Positions 11,252-25,331 of a stretch of DNA of 64,000 nt are shown piece after piece. Numbering within the stretch: position 1 is the first letter of the stretch; each line of letters opens with the position of its first letter. The stretch comes from Auanema rhodensis. Lineage: Eukaryota > Animalia > Nematoda. The notes under the pieces were generated by a model. The model saw only the letters and a program-made list of their open reading frames with translations, did not search any database and was not told the origin of the DNA. Made by a program: the position numbers and the translations under genes. Location of the stretch: NCBI GenBank assembly GCA_964057225.1, contig CAXKVF010000073.1:1240001-1304000 (forward strand), given 5' to 3'.

Positions 11252-14200
11252 TACCAAGTGCACATCACGTGTACATTTAATTAGCATAAATTAAAGTTCA
11301 CGTAACTTTCAAAGTCATGGTTACCATGCACCAATATCAATAAAAATTTGTTTTTAGACTAATATGGACATGGGGAATCTAATTTTGAAAACCGCATCTC
11401 TTTATCTTTTACGTGAAGCGAGTTACATACCAAGTGCACATCACGTGTACATTTAATTAGCATAAATTAAAGTTCACGTAAATTTCAAAGTCATGGTTAC
11501 CATGCACCAATATCAATAAAAATTTGTTTTTAGACTAATATGGACATGGGGAATCTAATTTTGAAAACCTCATCTCTTTATCTTTCACGTGAAGCGAGTT
11601 ACATACCAAGTGCACATCACGTGTACATTTAATTAGCATAAATTAAAGTTCACGTAACTTTCAAAGTCATGGTTACCATGCACCAATATCAATAAAAATT
11701 TGTTTTTAGACTAATATGGACATGGGGAATCTAATTTTGAAAACCGCATCTCTTTATCTTTCACGTGAAGCGAGTTACATACCAAGTGCACATCACGTGT
11801 ACATTTAATTAGCATAAATTAAAGTTCACGTAAATTTCAAAGTCATGGTTACCATGCACCAATATCAATAAAAATTTGTTTTTAGACTAATATGGACATG
11901 GGGAATCTAATTTTGAAAACCGCATCTCTTTATCTTTCACGTGAAGCGAGTTACATACCAAGTGCACATCACGTGTACATTTAATTAGCATAAATTAAAG
12001 TTCACGTAAATTTCAAAGTCATGGTTACCATGCACAAATATCAATAAAAATTTGTTTTTAGACTAATATGGACATGGGGAATCTAATTTTGAAAACCGCA
12101 TCTCTTCATCTTTCACGTGAAGCGAGTTACATACCAAGTGCACATCACGTGTACATTTAATTAGCATAAATTAAAGTTCACGTAACTTTCAAAGTCATGG
12201 TTACCATGCACCAATATCAATAAAAATTTGTTTTTAGACTAATATGGACATGATGAATCTAATTTTGAAAACCGCATCTCTTTATCTTTCACGTGAAGCG
12301 AGTTACATACTAAGTGCACATCACGTGTACATTTAATTAGCATAAATTAAAGTTCACGTAAATTTCAAAGTCATGGTTACCATGCACCAATATCAATAAA
12401 AATTTGTTTTTAGACTAATATGGACATGGGGAATCTAATTTTGAAAACCGCATCTCTTTATCTTTCACGTGAAGCGAGTTACATACCAAGTGCACATCAC
12501 GTGTACATTTAATTAGCATAAATTAAAGTTCACGTAAATTTCAAAGTCATGGTTACCATGAACCAATATCAATAAAAATTTGTTTTTAGACTAATATGGA
12601 CATGGGGAATCTAATTTTGAAAACCGCATCTCTTTATCTTTCACGTGAAGCGAGTTACATACCAAGTGCACATCACGTGTACATTTAATTAGCATAAATT
12701 AAAGTTCACGTAAATTTCAAAGTCATGGTTACCATGCACCAATATCAATAAAAATTTGTTTTTAAACTAATATGGACATGGGGAATCTAATTTTGAAAAC
12801 CGCATCTCTTTATCTTTCACGTGAAGCGAGTTACATACCAAGTGCACATCACGTGTACATTTAATTAGCATAAATTAAAGTTCACGTAAATTTCAAAGTC
12901 ATGGTTACCATGCACCAATATCAATAAAAATTTGTTTTTAGACTAATATGGACATGGGGAATCTAATTTTGAAAACCGCATCTCTTTATCTTTCACGTGA
13001 AGCGAGTTACATACCAAGTGCACATCACGTGTACATTTAATTAGCATAAATTAAAGTTCACGTAAATTTCAAAGTCATGGTTACCATGAACCAATATCAA
13101 TAAAAATTTGTTTTTAGACTAATATGGACATGGGGAATCTAATTTTGAAAACCGCATCTCTTTATCTTTCACGTGAAGCGAGTTACATACCAAGTGCACA
13201 TCACGTATACATTTAATTAGCATAAATTAAAGTTCACGTAAATTTCAAAGTCATGGTTACCATGAACCAATATCAATAAAAATTTGTTTTTAGACTAATA
13301 TGGACATGGGGAATCTAATTTTGAAAACCGCATCTCTTTATCTTTCACGTGAAGCGAGTTACATACCAAGTGCACATCACGTGTACATTTAATTAGCATA
13401 AATTAAAGTCCACGTAAATTTCAAAGTCATGGTTACCATGCACCAATATCAATAAAAATTTGTTTTTAGACTAATATGGACATGGGGAATCTAATTTTGA
13501 AAACCGCATCTCTTTATCTTTCACGTGAAGCGAGTTACATACCAAGTGCACATCACGTGTACATTTAATTAGCATAAATTAAAGTCCACGTAAATTTCAA
13601 AGTCATGGTTACCATGCACCAATATCAATAAAAATTTGTTTTTAGACTAATATGGACATGGGGAATCTAATTTTGAAAACCGCATCTCTTTATCTTTCAC
13701 GTGAAGCGAGTTACATACCAAGTGCACATCACGTATACATTTAATTAGCATAAATTAAAGTTCACGTAAATTTCAAAGTCATGGTTACCATGAACCAATA
13801 TCAATAAAAATTTGTTTTTAGACTAATATGGACATGGGGAATCTAATTTTGAAAACCGCATCTCTTTATCTTTCACGTGAAGCGAGTTACATACCAAGTG
13901 CACATCACGTGTACATTTAATTAGCATAAATTAAAGTCCACGTAAATTTCAAAGTCATGGTTACCATGCACCAATATCAATAAAAATTTGTTTTTAGACT
14001 AATATGGACATGGGGAATCTAATTTTGAAAACCGCATCTCTTTATCTTTCACGTGAAGCGAGTTACATACCAAGTGCACATCACGTGTACATTTAATTAG
14101 CATAAATTAAAGTTCACGTAAATTTCAAAGTCATGGTTACCATGCACCAATATCAATAAAAATTTGTTTTTAGACTAATATGGACATGGGGAATCTAATT

Positions 14201-14947
14201 TTGAAAACCGCATCTCTTTATCTTTCACGTGAAGCGAGTTACATACCAAGTGCACATCACGTGTACATTTAATTAGCATAAATTAAAGTCCACGTAAATT
14301 TCAAAGTCATGGTTACCATGCACCAATATCAATAAAAATTTGTTTTTAGACTAATATGGACATGGGGAATCTAATTTTGAAAACCGCATCTCTTTATCTT
14401 TCACGTGAAGCGAGTTACATACCAAGTGCACATCACGTGTACATTTAATTAGCATAAATTAAAGTTCACGTAAATTTCAAAGTCATGGTTACCATGCACC
14501 AATATCAATAAAAATTTGTTTTTAGACTAATATGGACATGGGGAATCTAATTTTGAAAACCGCATCTCTTTATCTTTCACGTGAAGCGAGTTACATACCA
14601 AGTGCACATCACGTGTACATTTAATTAGCATAAATTAAAGTCCACGTAAATTTCAAAGTCATGGTTACCATGCACCAATATCAATAAAAATTTGTTTTTA
14701 GACTAATATGGACATGGGGAATCTAATTTTGAAAACCGCATCTCTTTATCTTTCACGTGAAGCGAGTTACATACCAAGTGCACATCACGTGTACATTTAA
14801 TTAGCATAAATTAAAGTCCACGTAAATTTCAAAGTCATGGTTACCATGCACCAATATCAATAAAAATTTGTTTTTAGACTAATATGGACATGGGGAATCT
14901 AATTTTGAAAACCGCATCTCTTTATCTTTCACGTGAAGCGAGTTACA

Positions 14948-17900
14948 TACCAAGTGCACATCACGTGTACATTTAATTAGCATAAATTAAAGTTCACGTA
15001 AATTTCAAAGTCATGGTTACCATGCACCAATATCAATAAAAATTTGTTTTTAGACTAATATGGACATGGGGAATCTAATTTTGAAAACCGCATCTCTTTA
15101 TCTTTCACGTGAAGCGAGTTACATACCAAGTGCACATCACGTGTACATTTAATTAGCATAAATTAAAGTTCACGTAAATTTCAAAGTCATGGTTACCATG
15201 CACCAATATCAATAAAAATTTGTTTTTAGACTAATATGGACATGGGGAATCTAATTTTGAAAACCGCATCTCTTTATCTTTCACGTGAAGCGAGTTACAT
15301 ACCAAGTGCACATCACGTGTACATTTAATTAGCATAAATTAAAGTTCACGTAAATTTCAAAGTCATGGTTACCATGCACCAATATCAATAAAAATTTGTT
15401 TTTAGACTAATATGGACATGGGGAATCTAATTTTGAAAACCGCATCTCTTTATCTTTCACGTGAAGCGAGTTACATACCAAGTGCACATCACGTGTACAT
15501 TTAATTAGCATAAATTAAAGTTCACGTAAATTTCAAAGTCATGGTTACCATGAACCAATATCAATAAAAATTTGTTTTTAGACTAATATGGACATGGGGA
15601 ATCTAATTTTGAAAACCGCATCTCTTTATCTTTCACGTGAAGCGAGTTACATACCAAGTGCACATCACGTATACATTTAATTAGCATAAATTAAAGTTCA
15701 CGTAAATTTCAAAGTCATGGTTACCATGCACCAATATCAATAAAAATTTGTTTTTAGACTAATATGGACATGGGGAATCTAATTTTGAATACCGCATCTC
15801 TTTATCTTTCACGTGAAGCGAGTTACATACCAAGTGCACATCACGTGTACATTTAATTAGCATAAATTAAAGTTCACGTAAATTTCAAAGTCATGGTTAC
15901 CATGCACCAATATCAATAAAAATTTGTTTTTAGACTAATATGGACATGGGGAATCTAATTTTGAAAACCGCATCTCTTTATCTTTCACGTGAAGCGAGTT
16001 ACATACCAAGTGCACATCACGTGTACATTTAATTAGCATAAATTAAAGTTCACGTAAATTTCAAAGTCATGGTTACCATGAACCAATATCAATAAAAATT
16101 TGTTTTTAGACTAATATGGACATGGGGAATCTAATTTTGAAAACCGCATCTCTTTATCTTTCACGTGAAGCGAGTAACATACCAAGTGCACATCACGTAT
16201 ACATTTAATTAGCATAAATTAAAGTTCACGTAAATTTCAAAGTCATGGTTACCATGAACCAATATCAATAAAAATTTGTTTTTAGACTAATATGGACATG
16301 GGGAATCTAATTTTGAAAACCGCATCTCTTTATCTTTCACGTGAAGCGAGTTACATACCAAGTGCACATCACGTGTACATTTAATTAGCATAAATTAAAG
16401 TTCACGTAAATTTCAAAGTCATGGTTACCATGCACCAATATCAATAAAAATTTGTTTTTAGACTAATATGGACATGGGGAATCTAATTTTGAAAACCGCA
16501 TCTCTTTATCTTTCACGTGAAGCGAGTTACATACCAAGTGCACATCACGTGTACATTTAATTAGCATAAATTAAAGTTCACGTAAATTTCAAAGTCATGG
16601 TTACCATGAACCAATATCAATAAAAATTTGTTTTTAGACTAATATGGACATGGGGAATCTAATTTTGAAAACCGCATCTCTTTTTCTTTCACGTGAAGCG
16701 AGTTACATACCAAGTGCACATCACGTGTACATTTAATTAGCATAAATTAAAGTTCACGTAAATTTCAAAGTCATGGTTACCATGAACCAATATCAATAAA
16801 AATTTGTTTTTAGACTAATATGGACATGGGGTATCTAATTTTGAAAACCGCATCTCTTTATCTTTCACGTGAAGCGAGTTACATACCAAGTGCACATCAC
16901 GTGTACATTTAATTAGCATAAATTAAAGTTCACGTAAATTTCAAAGTCATGGTTACCATGCACCAATATCAATAAAAATTTGTTTTTAGACTAATATGGA
17001 CATGGGGAATCTAATTTTGAAAACCGCATCTCTTTATCTTTCACGTGAAGCGAGTTACATACCAAGTGCACATCACGTGTACATTTAATTAGCATAAATT
17101 AAAGTTCACGTAAATTTCAAAGTCATGGTTACCATGCACCAATATCAATAAAAATTTGTTTTTAGACTAATATGGACATGGGGAATCTAATTTTGAAAAC
17201 CGCATCTCTTTATCTTTCACGTGAAGCGAGTTACATACCAAGTGCACATCACGTGTACATTTAATTAGCATAAATTAAAGTTCACGTAAATTTCAAAGTC
17301 ATGGTTACCATGCACCAATATCAATAAAAATTTGTTTTTAGACTAATATGGACATGGGGAATCTAATTTTGAAAACCGCATCTCTTTATCTTTCACGTGA
17401 AGCGAGTTACATACCAAGTGCACATCACGTGTACATTTAATTAGCATAAATTAAAGTTCACGTAAATTTCAAAGTCATGGTTACCATGCACCAATATCAA
17501 TAAAAATTTGTTTTTAGACTAATATGGACATGGGGAATCTAATTTTGTAAACCGCATCTCTTTATCTTTCACGTGAAGCGAGTTACATACCAAGTGCACA
17601 TCACGTGTACATTTAATTAGCATAAATTAAAGTTCACGTAAATTTCAAAGTCATGGTTACCATGAACCAATATCAATAAAAATTTGTTTTTAGACTAATA
17701 TGGACATGGGGAATCTAATTTTGAAAACCGCATCTCTTTATCTTTCACGTGAAGCGAGTTACATACCAAGTGCACATCACGTATACATTTAATTAGCATA
17801 AATTAAAGTTCACGTAAATTTCAAAGTCATGGTTACCATGCACCAATATCAATAAAAATTTGTTTTTAGACTAATATGGACATGGGGAATCTAATTTTGA

Positions 17901-18819
17901 AAACCGCATCTCTTTATCTTTCACGTGAAGCGAGTTACATACCAAGTGCACATCACGTGTACATTTAATTAGCATAAATTAAAGTTCACGTAAATTTCAA
18001 AGTCATGGTTACCATGCACCAATATCAATAAAAATTTGTTTTTAGACTAATATGGACATGGGGAATCTAATTTTGAAAACCGCATCTCTTTATCTTTCAC
18101 GTGAAGCGAGTTACATACCAAGTGCACATCACGTGTACATTTAATTAGCATAAATTAAAGTTCACGTAAATTTCAAAGTCATGGTTACCATGAACCAATA
18201 TCAATAAAAATTTGTTTTTAGACTAATATGGACATGGGGAATCTAATTTTGAAAACCGCATCTCTTTATCTTTCACGTGAAGCGAGTAACATACCAAGTG
18301 CACATCACGTATACATTTAATTAGCATAAATTAAAGTTCACGTAAATTTCAAAGTCATGGTTACCATGAACCAATATCAATAAAAATTTGTTTTTAGACT
18401 AATATGGACATGGGGAATCTAATTTTGAAAACCGCATCTCTTTATCTTTCACGTGAAGCGAGTTACATACCAAGTGCACATCACGTGTACATTTAATTAG
18501 CATAAATTAAAGTTCACGTAAATTTCAAAGTCATGGTTACCATGCACCAATATCAATAAAAATTTGTTTTTAGACTAATATGGACATGGGGAATCTAATT
18601 TTGAAAACCGCATCTCTTTATCTTTCACGTGAAGCGAGTTACATACCAAGTGCACATCACGTGTACATTTAATTAGCATAAATTAAAGTTCACGTAAATT
18701 TCAAAGTCATGGTTACCATGAACCAATATCAATAAAAATTTGTTTTTAGACTAATATGGACATGGGGAATCTAATTTTGAAAACCGCATCTCTTTTTCTT
18801 TCACGTGAAGCGAGTTACA
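14948..18819. repeat. Block duplication, 10 monomers at 12-monomer (2112 bp) offset: 14948-16707 vs 17060-18819
   Basis: Private markers T173A (16176, 18288) and A153T (16684, 18796), plus matching G20A and A78/C78 order. Confidence 0.85.
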
Positions 18820-19523
18820 TACCAAGTGCACATCACGTGTACATTTAATTAGCATAAATTAAAGTTCACGTAAATTTCAAAGTCATGGTTACCATGCACC
18901 AATATCAATAAAAATTTGTTTTTAGACTAATATGGACATGGGGAATCTAATTTTGAAAACCGCATCTCTTTATCTTTCACGTGAAGCGAGTTACATACCA
19001 AGTGCACATCACGTGTACATTTAATTAGCATAAATTAAAGTTCACGTAAATTTCAAAGTCATGGTTACCATGCACCAATATCAATAAAAATTTGTTTTTA
19101 GACTAATATGGACATGGGGAATCTAATTTTGAAAACCGCATCTCTTTATCTTTCACGTGAAGCGAGTTACATACCAAGTGCACATCACGTGTACATTTAA
19201 TTAGCATAAATTAAAGTTCACGTAAATTTCAAAGTCATGGTTACCATGAACCAATATCAAGAAAAATTTGTTTTTAGACTAATATGGACATGGGGAATCT
19301 AATTTTGAAAACCGCATCTCTTTATCTTTCACGTGAAGCGAGTTACATACCAAGTGCACATCACGTGTACATTTAATTAGCATAAATTAAAGTTCACGTA
19401 AATTTCAAAGTCATGGTTACCATGCACCAATATCAATAAAAATTTGTTTTTAGACTAATATGGACATGGGGAATCTAATTTTGAAAACCGCATCTCTTTA
19501 TCTTTCACGTGAAGCGAGTTACA

Positions 19524-22500
19524 TACCAAGTGCACATCACGTGTACATTTAATTAGCATAAATTAAAGTTCACGTAAATTTCAAAGTCATGGTTACCATG
19601 AACCAATATCAATAAAAATTTGTTTTTAGACTAATATGGACATGGGGAATCTAATTTTGAAAACCGCATCTCTTTATCTTTCACGTGAAGCGAGTTACAT
19701 ACCAAGTGCACATCACGTATACATTTAATTAGCATAAATTAAAGTTCACGTAAATTTCAAAGTCATGGTTACCATGAACCAATATCAAGAAAAATTTGTT
19801 TTTAGACTAATATGGACATGGGGAATCTAATTTTGAAAACCGCATCTCTTTATCTTTCACGTGAAGCGAGTTACATACCAAGTGCACATCACGTGTACAT
19901 TTAATTAGCATAAATTAAAGTTCACGTAAATTTCAAAGTCATGGTTACCATGCACCAATATCATAAAAAATTTGTTTTTAGACTAATATGGACATGGGGA
20001 ATCTAATTTTGAAAACCGCATCTCTTTATCTTTCACGTGAAGCGAGTTACATACCAAGTGCACATCACGTTTACATTCAATTAGCATAAATTAAAGTTCA
20101 CGTAAATTTCAAAGTCATGGTTACCATGCACCAATATCAATAAAAATTTGTTTTTAGACTAATATGGACATGGGGAATCTAATTTTGAAAACCGCATCTC
20201 TTTATCTTTCACGTGAAGCGAGTTACATACCAAGTGCACATCACGTGTACATTTAATTAGCATAAATTAAAGTTCACGTAAATTTCAAAGTCATGGTTAC
20301 CATGAACCAATATCAATAAAAATTTGTTTTTAGACTAATATGGACATGGGGAATCTAATTTTGAAAACCGCATCTCTTTATCTTTCACGTGAAGCGAGTT
20401 ACATACCAAGTGCACATCACGTGTACATTTAATTAGCATAAATTAAAGTTCACGTAAATTTTAAAGTCATGGTTACCATGAACCAATATCAATAAAAATT
20501 TGTTTTTAGACTAATATGGACATGGGGAATCTAATTTTGAAAACCGCATCTCTTCATCTTTCACGTGAAGCGAGTTACATACCAAGTGCACATCACGTGT
20601 ACATTTAATTGGCATAAATTAAAGTTCACGTAAATTTCAAAGTCATGGTTACCATGCACCAATATCAATAAAAATTTGTTTTTAGACTAATATGGACATG
20701 GGGAATCTAATTTTAAAAACCGCATCTCTTTATCTTTCACGTGAAGCGAGTTACATACCAAGTGCACATCACGTGTACATTTAATTAGCATAAATTAAAG
20801 TTCACGTAAATTTCAAAGTCATGGTTACCATGAACAAATATCAATAAAAATTTGTTTTTAGACTAATATGGACATGGGGAATCTAATTTTGAAAACCGCA
20901 TCTCTTTATCTTTCACGTGAAGCGAGTTACATACCAAGTGCACATCACGTATACATTTAATTAGCATAAATTAAAGTTCACGTAAATTTCAAAGTCATGG
21001 TTACCATGAACCAATATCAATAAAAATTTGTTTTTAGACTAATATGGACATGGGGAATCTAATTTTGAAAACCGCATCTCTTCATCTTTCACGTGAAGCG
21101 AGTTACATACCAAGTGCACATCACGTGTACATTTAATTAGCATAAATTAAAGTTCACGTAAATTTCAAAGTCATGGTTACCATGCACCAATATCAATAAA
21201 AATTTGTTTTTAGACTAATATGGACATGGGGAATCTAATTTTGAAAACCGCATCTCTTTATCTTTCACGTGAAGCGAGTTACATACTAAGTGCACATCAC
21301 GTGTACATTTAATTAGCATAAATTAAAGTTCACGTAAATTTCAAAGTCATGGTTACCATGAACCAATATCAATAAAAATTTGTTTTTAGACTAATATGGA
21401 CATGGGGAATCTAATTTTGGAAACCGCATCTCTTTATCTTTCACGTGAAGCGAGTTACATACCAAGTGCACATCACGTGTACATTTAATTAGCATAAATT
21501 AAAGTTCACGTAAATTTCAAAGTCATGGTTACCATGAACCAATATCAATAAAAATTTGTTTTTAGACTAATATGGACATGGGGAATCTAATTTTGAAAAC
21601 CGCATCTCTTTATCTTTCACGTGAAGCGAGTTACATACCAAGTGCACATCACGTATACATTTAATTAGCATAAATTAAAGTTCACGTAAATTTCAAAGTC
21701 ATGGTTACCATGAACCAATATCAAGAAAAATTTGTTTTTAGACTAATATGGACATGGGGAATCTAATTTTGAAAACCGCATCTCTTTATCTTTCACGTGA
21801 AGCGAGTTACATACCAAGTGCACATCACGTGTACATTTAATTAGCATAAATTAAAGTTCACGTAAATTTCAAAGTCATGGTTACCATGCACCAATATCAA
21901 TAAAAATTGGTTTTTAGACTAATATGGACATGGGGAATCTAATTTTGAAAACCGCATCTCTTTATCTTTCACGTGAAGCGAGTTACATACCAAGTGCACA
22001 TCACGTTTACATTCAATTAGCATAAATTAAAGTTCACGTAAATTTCAAAGTCATGGTTACCATGCACCAATATCAATAAAAATTTGTTTTTAGACTAATA
22101 TGGACATGGGGAATCTAATTTTGAAAACCGCATCTCTTCATCTTTCACGTGAAGCGAGTTACATACCAAGTGCACATCACGTGTACATTTAATTAGCATA
22201 AATTAAAGTTCACGTAAATTTCAAAGTCATGGTTACCATGCACCAATATCAATAAAAATTTGTTTTTAGACTAATATGGACATGGGGAATCTAATTTTGA
22301 AAACCGCATCTCTTTATCTTTCACGTGAAGCGAGTTACATACCAAGTGCACATCACGTGTACATTTAATTAGCATAAATTAAAGTTCACGTAAATTTCAA
22401 AGTCATGGTTACCATGAACCAATATCAATAAAAATTTGTTTTTGGACTAATATGGACATGGGGAATCTAATTTTGAAAACCGCATCTCTTTATCTTTCAC

Positions 22501-22867
22501 GTGAAGCGAGTTACATACCAAGTGCACATCACGTGTACATTTAATTAGCATAAATTAAAGTTCACGTAAATTTTAAAGTCATGGTTACCATGAACCAATA
22601 TCAATAAAAATTTGTTTTTAGACTAATATGGACATGGGGAATCTAATTTTGAAAACCGCATCTCTTCATCTTTCACGTGAAGCGAGTTACATACCAAGTG
22701 CACATCACGTGTACATTTAATTGGCATAAATTAAAGTTCACGTAAATTTCAAAGTCATGGTTACCATGCACCAATATCAATGAAAATTTGTTTTTAGACT
22801 AATATGGACATGGGGAATCTAATTTTGAAAACCGCATCACTTTATCTTTCACGTGAAGCGAGTTACA
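19524..22867. repeat. Older block duplication at 11-then-12 monomer offset: 19524-20755 vs 21460-22867
   Basis: Offset 11: G20A+T90G (monomers 19700/21636) and G20T+T27C (20052/21988). Offset 12: C59T+T152C (20404/22516) and A32G (20580/22692). Confidence 0.8.
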
Positions 22868-25331
22868 TACCAAGTGCACATCACGTATACATTTAATTAG
22901 CATAAATTAAAGTTCACGTAAATTTCAAAGTCATGGTTACCATGAACCAATATCAATAAAAATTTGTTTTTAGACTAATATGGACATGGGGAATCTAATT
23001 TTGAAAACCGCATCTCTTTATCTTTCACGTGAAGCGAGTTACATACCAAGTGCACATCACGTGTACATTTAATTAGCATAAATTAAAGTTCACGTAAATT
23101 TCAAAGTCATGGTTACCATGCACCAATATCAATAAAAATTTGTTTTTAGACTAATATGGACATGGGGAATCTAATTTTGAAAACCGCATCTCTTCATCTT
23201 TCACGTGAAGCGAGTTACATACCAAGTGCACATCACGTGTACATTTAATTAGCATAAATTAAAGTTCACGTAAATTTCAAAGTCATGGTTACCATGCACC
23301 AATATCAATGAAAATTTGTTTTTAGACTAATATGGACATGGGGAATCTAATTTTGAAAACCGCATCTCTTTATCTTTCACGTGAAGCGAGTTACATACCA
23401 AGTGCACATCACGTGTACATTTAATTGGCATAAATTAAAGTTCACGTAAATTTCAAAGTCATGGTTACCATGAACCAATATCAATAAAACTTTGTTTTTA
23501 GACTAATATGGACATGGGGAATCTAATTTTGAAAACCGCATCTCTTTATCTTTCACGTGAAGCGAGTTACATACCAAGTGCACATCACGTGTACATTTAA
23601 TTAGCATAAATTAAAGTTCACGTAAATTTCAAAGTCATGGTTACCATGCACCAATATCAATAAAAATTTGTTTTTAGACTAATATGGACATGGGGAATCT
23701 AATTTTGAAAACCGCATCTCTTTATCTTTTACGTGAAGCGAGTTACATACCAAGTGCACATCACGTGTACATTTAATTAGCATAAATTAAAGTTCACGTA
23801 AATTTCAAAGTCATGGTTACCATGCACCAATATCAATAAAAATTTGTTTTTAGACTAATATGGACATGGGGAATCTAATTTTAAAAACCGCATCTCTTTA
23901 TCTTTCACGTGAAGCGAGTTACATACCAAGTGCACATCACGTGTACATTTAATTAGCATAAATTAAAGTTCACGTAAAATTCAAAGTCATGGTTACCATG
24001 AACCAATATCAATAAAAATTTGTTTTTAGACTAATATGGACATGGGGAATCTAATTTTGAAAACCGCATCTCTTTATCTTTCACGTGAAGCGAGTTACAT
24101 ACCAAGTGCACATCACGTGTACATTTAATTAGCATAAATTAAAGTTCACGTAAATTTCAAAGTCATGGTTACCATGCACCAATATCAATAAAAATTTGTT
24201 TTTAGACTAATATGGACATGGGGAATCTAATTTTAAAAACCGCATCTCTTTATCTTTCACGTGAAGCGAGTTACATACCAAGTGCACATCACGTGTACAT
24301 TTAATTAGCATAAATTAAAGTTCACGTAAAATTCAAAGTCATGGTTACCATGAACCAATATCAATAAAAATTTGTTTTTAGACTAATATGGACATGGGGA
24401 ATCTAATTTTGAAAACCGCATCTCTTTATCTTTCACGTGAAGCGAGTTACATACCAAGTGCACATCACGTGTACATTTAATTAGCATAAATTAAAGTTCA
24501 CGTAAAATTCAAAGTCATGGTTACCATGAACCAATATCAATAAAAATTTGTTTTTAGACTAATATGGACATGGGGAATCTAATTTTGAAAACCGCATCTC
24601 TTTATCTTTCACGTGAAGCGAGTTACATACCAAGTGCACATCACGTGTACATTTAATTAGCATAAATTAAAGTTCACGTAAATTTCAAAGTCATGGTTAC
24701 CATGAAGCAATATCAATAAAAATTTGTTTTTAGACTAATATGGACATGGGGAATCTAATTTTGAAAACGGCATCTCTTTATCTTTCACGTGAAGCGAGTT
24801 ACATACCAAGTGCACATCACGTGTACATTTAATTAGCATTAATTAAAGTTCACGTAAATTTCAAAGTCATGGTTACCATGAACCAATATCAATAAAAATT
24901 TGTTTTTAGACTAATATGGACATGGGGAATCTAATTTTGAAAACCGCATCTCTTTATCTTTCACGTGAAGCGAGTTACATACCAAGTGCACATCACGTGT
25001 ACATTTAATTAGCATAAATTAAAGTTCACGTAAATTTCAAAGTCATGGTTACCATGAAGCAATATCAATAAAAATTTGTTTTTAGACTAATATGGACATG
25101 GGGAATCTAATTTTGAAAACCGCATCTCTTTATCTTTCACGTGAAGCGAGTTACATACCAAGTGCACATCACGTGTACATTTAATTAGCATAAATTAAAG
25201 TTCACGTAAATTTCAAAGTCATGGTTACCATGCACCAATATCAATAAAAATTTGTTTTTAGACTAATATGGACATGGGGAATCTAATTTTGAAAACCGCA
25301 TCTCTTTATCTTTTACGTGAAGCAAGTTACA

